A stretch of 64,000 nt of DNA from contig JALHOO010000001.1 of assembly GCA_022842945.1 (NCBI GenBank), positions 93,830-157,829 on the forward strand, in the 5' to 3' direction. Below the pieces are notes generated by a model. It worked only from the letters and a program-made list of their open reading frames with translations, was not told the origin of the DNA and did no database searches. The translations under genes were made by a program, and so were the position numbers. The stretch is from Minisyncoccota bacterium (lineage in GTDB: Bacteria > Patescibacteriota > Minisyncoccia > Phycocordibacterales > Phycocordibacteraceae). Below are positions 60,472 to 64,000 of the stretch, piece by piece. How positions within the stretch are numbered: the first letter of the stretch is position 1; each line of letters opens with the position of its first letter.

Positions 60472-60933
60472 CGAAGAAAACCCGCACTATGCGGGTCTTC
60501 GAGAAAGAGCGAAACTGGCGCAGGAGTGGGGTTTATGCGGGTCCGCTCCCATCCTGTGCCAGCCGATTCGTCACCTGGATGGTGCGAGCCTCTTCCATTG
60601 GACTTGCTCCGGCATTGGTCGCCGGAGCTCCTCCGTTAGCTCCAGAAGTGTAGCGCAAAACGCGAAAAAGGGCACCCATTTCACGGCCCATTCTCTAGCT
60701 TTTAGAAGTTGTGTCTTGAATGCTTTCAGGAATGTTTCGTACTGGTTTATCCACGCTGAGATTTCGATGAAGGCGGGTATCATACAGAGACAAACCAGCC
60801 GAATGCAGTTGGAAAGAGCGGAAGATAGCGCCACGGCGTCCTCACCGCAGTCCAAAGTGGAGAGAAATCCCTGCCAGCGTTTAGAGCCAAGGCTGTCTTA
60901 TAAACGTTCTGAGTAACCTACGGGATTATCTCT

Positions 60934-63813
60934 ATGATGCAGGTCAAAAAGCGCGACGGGAGCATTGTCGACTTCGAGGAGGGAAAGATTACTAATGCCA
61001 TGCGCAAAGCGTTTGCGCATGCAGAAGTTGAAGCAGGCGAGGAACTCCTCGAAACACTCACCAAGAGCGTTATCGACGATATCGCGGCGAAGTTCGGCGA
61101 AGAGCTCACACCTTCTGTGGAGCATGTGCAGGACTTAGTAGAGCTCGCGCTCATGGAGGCGGGACAGCTTAGAGTTGCTAAGTTCTACATCGTCTATCGC
61201 TACGAGCATGCGAAGGTTCGCGAAGAGAAGAAGCAGGAGACTCTCGAGAAGATTGAGGAGGAAGGTCTCCTCATTACGACCGCATCAGGAAAACAGGAAC
61301 GTTTTAACGAAGTGAAGCTACGCCAGACGCTTGAGCGTCTCGCAAAGGAAGATCAGGTAGGTTCGTTTGATATCGAACACATCCTCTCTCAGCTCAAGTA
61401 CGAGCTCTATGAGGGCATGACCACCGCTGAAGTTGGAAAGGCACTCATTATGGTAGTGCGTTCGATGATCGAGCGTGATCCCGCATACTCCCGTCTTGCG
61501 GCGCGTCTCCTCTTGAATCGTCTGTACGCCGAAGTATTCGGTGCAGAGTTCGATAGCAAGAATCCGCTTGAGGCGCATGAGCGTGTGTTCACCGAGAACA
61601 TGCAACGACTTGTTGCTGAAGGGAACCTCGACGAGCGCATGGCAGAGTTCGATCTCTCAAAGATGGCGCGCGCCATGAAGGTGGAGAACGACATGCTGTT
61701 CGAGTACATGGGTCTTGAGATCATGATCAGCCGGTACTGCATGGAGGACCCGAAGGCGAAGAAGACACTTGAGACTCCGCAGATGTTCTGGATGCGTGTG
61801 GCTATGGGTCTCGCCATCGCTGAGAAGCCAGAAGACCGCGAGAAGACTGCGCTTGAGTTCTACGACGCACTCTCAAACTTCTACTACACGCCGGGAGGAC
61901 GCACGCTCTTCCAGGCTGGCTTCAAGAAGGCACAGATGAGTAACTGTTTCTTGAACACCGTTCCAGACTCCCTCGACGGTATCTTCAAGGCTATCTCAGA
62001 CAATGCGCAGTACCTTAAGTGGTCTGGAGGCACCGGAACAGACTGGACTCCGGTTCGCGCTATGGGCTCCTTCATTAAGGGAACCGGCGTACCGAGCCAA
62101 GGTATCGTGCCGTTCCTTAAGATTGCGAACGACGTGAACCTCGCTATTAACCGCTCAGGCAAGCGCCGTGGTGCAGGCTGTGTGTACCTCGAGAGCTGGC
62201 ACCTTGATCTTGAGGACTTCCTCGAGCTCCGTAAGAACACGGGAGATGAGCGAAGGCGCACCCACGACATCAACACCGCGAACTGGATTCCCGACCTATT
62301 CATGAAGCGTGTGCGTGATGGTGGACAGTGGACACTGTTCTCTCCAAGTGACGTACCGGATCTCCATGAGATCTATGGTGCAAAGTTTGAGGCTGCATAC
62401 ATCGAGTACGAGGCAATGGCAGACCGTGGAGAGATTGAAGTCTTCAAGCGATACCCAGCCGCTGACCTCTGGAAGAAGATGATTGGTATGTTGTTCGAGA
62501 CAGGACACCCATGGATTACTTGGAAGGACCCATCAAACGTTCGCTCTCCACAGGATCATGCAGGTGTGGTGCACAACTCAAACCTCTGCACCGAGATTAC
62601 ACTCAACACCAGCAAGGACGAGACGGCGGTGTGTACGCTTGGATCACTCAACTTCGCGAAGTTCGTAACCCCAGACGAGAATGGAGTACTTCGCTTTGAC
62701 CATGAGATGGTTGCGCGCGTAACGCGCTCAGCAATGCGCATGCTCGACAACGTTATCGATCTCAACTTCTATCCAACGATAGACGCTGAGAACGGAAACA
62801 CCCGTCACCGTCCGGTTGGTCTTGGTGTCCGCGGATACCATGATGCGCTCTACATGCTCGGCATTCAGTTCGACTCTCCAGAGGCACTTAACTTCGCAGA
62901 CGAGAGTATGGAAGTTGTTGCGTACTACACCGTGCTTGCTTCAAGCGAGCTCGCAAAGGAACGTGGCACGTACTCTACCTACAAGGGCTCGAAGTGGGAT
63001 CGCGATATCTTCCCGCAAGATACGCTCGACCTTCTTGAGAGTGAGCGTGGGGAGAAGATCAACGTGAAGCGTGGCGGCAAGCTCGACTGGACTCCAGTCC
63101 GCGAACACGTGAAGGCGCACGGTATGCGTAACTCGAACACCATGGCTATCGCGCCAACGGCGAGTACTGCAAACCTCGTAGGCTGCATCCCATGCGTAGA
63201 GCCGATCTATAAGAACATCTACGTAAAGAGCAACAAGGAAGGAGAGTTCGTTGTGGTGAACAAGTACCTCGTTGAGGACTTGAAGAAGGCGGGACTGTGG
63301 AGTGCTGGCATGTTGAACCGCATTAAGTATGCGGACGGAAGCATTCAGAACATCGATGAGATCCCACGCGTGCTCAAGGAGAAGTACAAGGAGGTGTTCG
63401 AGATCGACGGCAAGTGGCTCGTTGAGGCGGCAGCACGTCGCGGAAAGTGGATCGACCAGTCCCAGTCTCTTAACATCTTCTACAACGGTACTTCTGGAAA
63501 AGATCTCTCGGATATCTACTTCCTTGCCTGGTCCATGGGTCTTAAGACCACCTACTACCTCCGCACCCTTGGAGCCAGCCAGGTAGAGAAGGCAACGGTT
63601 TCAACCGCAGAGTATGGGGCAACCCATAACCGTGTTGCTGGAGGAAACTTCGCCGCTCCTACGGTTGTAGAGACAGTAGAGGTGGTAGCAACCGTCGAAG
63701 AAGTGCCAGCTGTAAGTGTCCCGAGCGGATTCTCGCCAGACGAGTGGAAGGCGAAGATGGCACGAGTTGCCGCAGGTGAAGAGGCAGGTGTGTGCGAGAG
63801 CTGTGAGTCATAG
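60934..63813 (+). CDS. nrdA: Class I ribonucleotide reductase alpha subunit with two ATP cones
   Basis: VKKRDG cone, ETPQMFWMRVAMG, SNCFL, SNLCTEI, AIAPTAS, DQSQSLN, KTTYYLR, C-terminal CESC. Confidence 0.96.
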   Translation: MMQVKKRDGSIVDFEEGKITNAMRKAFAHAEVEAGEELLETLTKSVIDDIAAKFGEELTPSVEHVQDLVELALMEAGQLRVAKFYIVYRYEHAKVREEKKQETLEKIEEEGLLITTASGKQERFNEVKLRQTLERLAKEDQVGSFDIEHILSQLKYELYEGMTTAEVGKALIMVVRSMIERDPAYSRLAARLLLNRLYAEVFGAEFDSKNPLEAHERVFTENMQRLVAEGNLDERMAEFDLSKMARAMKVENDMLFEYMGLEIMISRYCMEDPKAKKTLETPQMFWMRVAMGLAIAEKPEDREKTALEFYDALSNFYYTPGGRTLFQAGFKKAQMSNCFLNTVPDSLDGIFKAISDNAQYLKWSGGTGTDWTPVRAMGSFIKGTGVPSQGIVPFLKIANDVNLAINRSGKRRGAGCVYLESWHLDLEDFLELRKNTGDERRRTHDINTANWIPDLFMKRVRDGGQWTLFSPSDVPDLHEIYGAKFEAAYIEYEAMADRGEIEVFKRYPAADLWKKMIGMLFETGHPWITWKDPSNVRSPQDHAGVVHNSNLCTEITLNTSKDETAVCTLGSLNFAKFVTPDENGVLRFDHEMVARVTRSAMRMLDNVIDLNFYPTIDAENGNTRHRPVGLGVRGYHDALYMLGIQFDSPEALNFADESMEVVAYYTVLASSELAKERGTYSTYKGSKWDRDIFPQDTLDLLESERGEKINVKRGGKLDWTPVREHVKAHGMRNSNTMAIAPTASTANLVGCIPCVEPIYKNIYVKSNKEGEFVVVNKYLVEDLKKAGLWSAGMLNRIKYADGSIQNIDEIPRVLKEKYKEVFEIDGKWLVEAAARRGKWIDQSQSLNIFYNGTSGKDLSDIYFLAWSMGLKTTYYLRTLGASQVEKATVSTAEYGATHNRVAGGNFAAPTVVETVEVVATVEEVPAVSVPSGFSPDEWKAKMARVAAGEEAGVCESCES

Positions 63814-63862
63814 TCTTGGCTTCAGAAAGTCGAATTATAGGAATCCCTAACGAAGAACTAGT

Positions 63863-64000
63863 ATGCCCATCAACAAAGGTGCCGCTCCCGTGAACATCAA
63901 CAACCGTAAGATTATTAACGGCGGAGACGCTGACGTGATGCAGCTGTATCCGATGAAGCATACCTTCGCGTGGGATGCGTACATGGCTGGAAACAGTAAC
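63863..64000 (+). CDS. nrdB: Ribonucleotide reductase beta subunit (3' partial)
   Basis: RKIINGGDADVMQLYPMKHTFAWDAY; directly after nrdA. Confidence 0.85.
   Translation, partial: MPINKGAAPVNINNRKIINGGDADVMQLYPMKHTFAWDAYMAGNSN

Noticed and set aside
60934-63813. Intein or intron in nrdA, dnaE or rpoBC
   Set aside because: Lengths and motif order are normal with no insertion visible

Overview
Chromosomal segment of a Patescibacteria (CPR) bacterium, most likely Parcubacteria (Kaiserbacteria-like). This is inferred from gene content and from NusB-NUDIX, mini-SMC and histone-tailed RpoD architectures. TGA is used as stop (code 11) and GC is roughly 55% by eye. Housekeeping genes include thrS, dnaE, rnhB, rpmF, nusB, rnc, smc, gdh, rnr, rpsP-khpA-trmD, rpoBC, dnaG-rpoD, a UvrD-nuclease, hisS, prmC, an ABC-2 transporter, a two-component system and nrdAB. 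Three kinds of non-core material are interleaved with them. (1) A low-GC defence-like island (about 30960-37800) carries a TM + Ig/lamin-tail-like pair and a YeeA/YeeB/YeeC-like MTase-helicase-GIY-YIG operon, next to an EVE gene. (2) About 15 stand-alone orphan genes each have a near-consensus sigma70 promoter, SD and terminator, whereas core genes are largely leaderless. (3) At least 7-8 stand-alone transcription units have a promoter and terminator, no credible ORF, and multi-stem folds whose G-U pairs sit on the promoter strand. These are candidate undescribed structured ncRNAs; one is bracketed by a 36-bp direct repeat and one sits behind the same TTCAT-N6-TTCAT box as the response regulator. 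All calls were made by eye from motifs; no database searches or folding programs were run.
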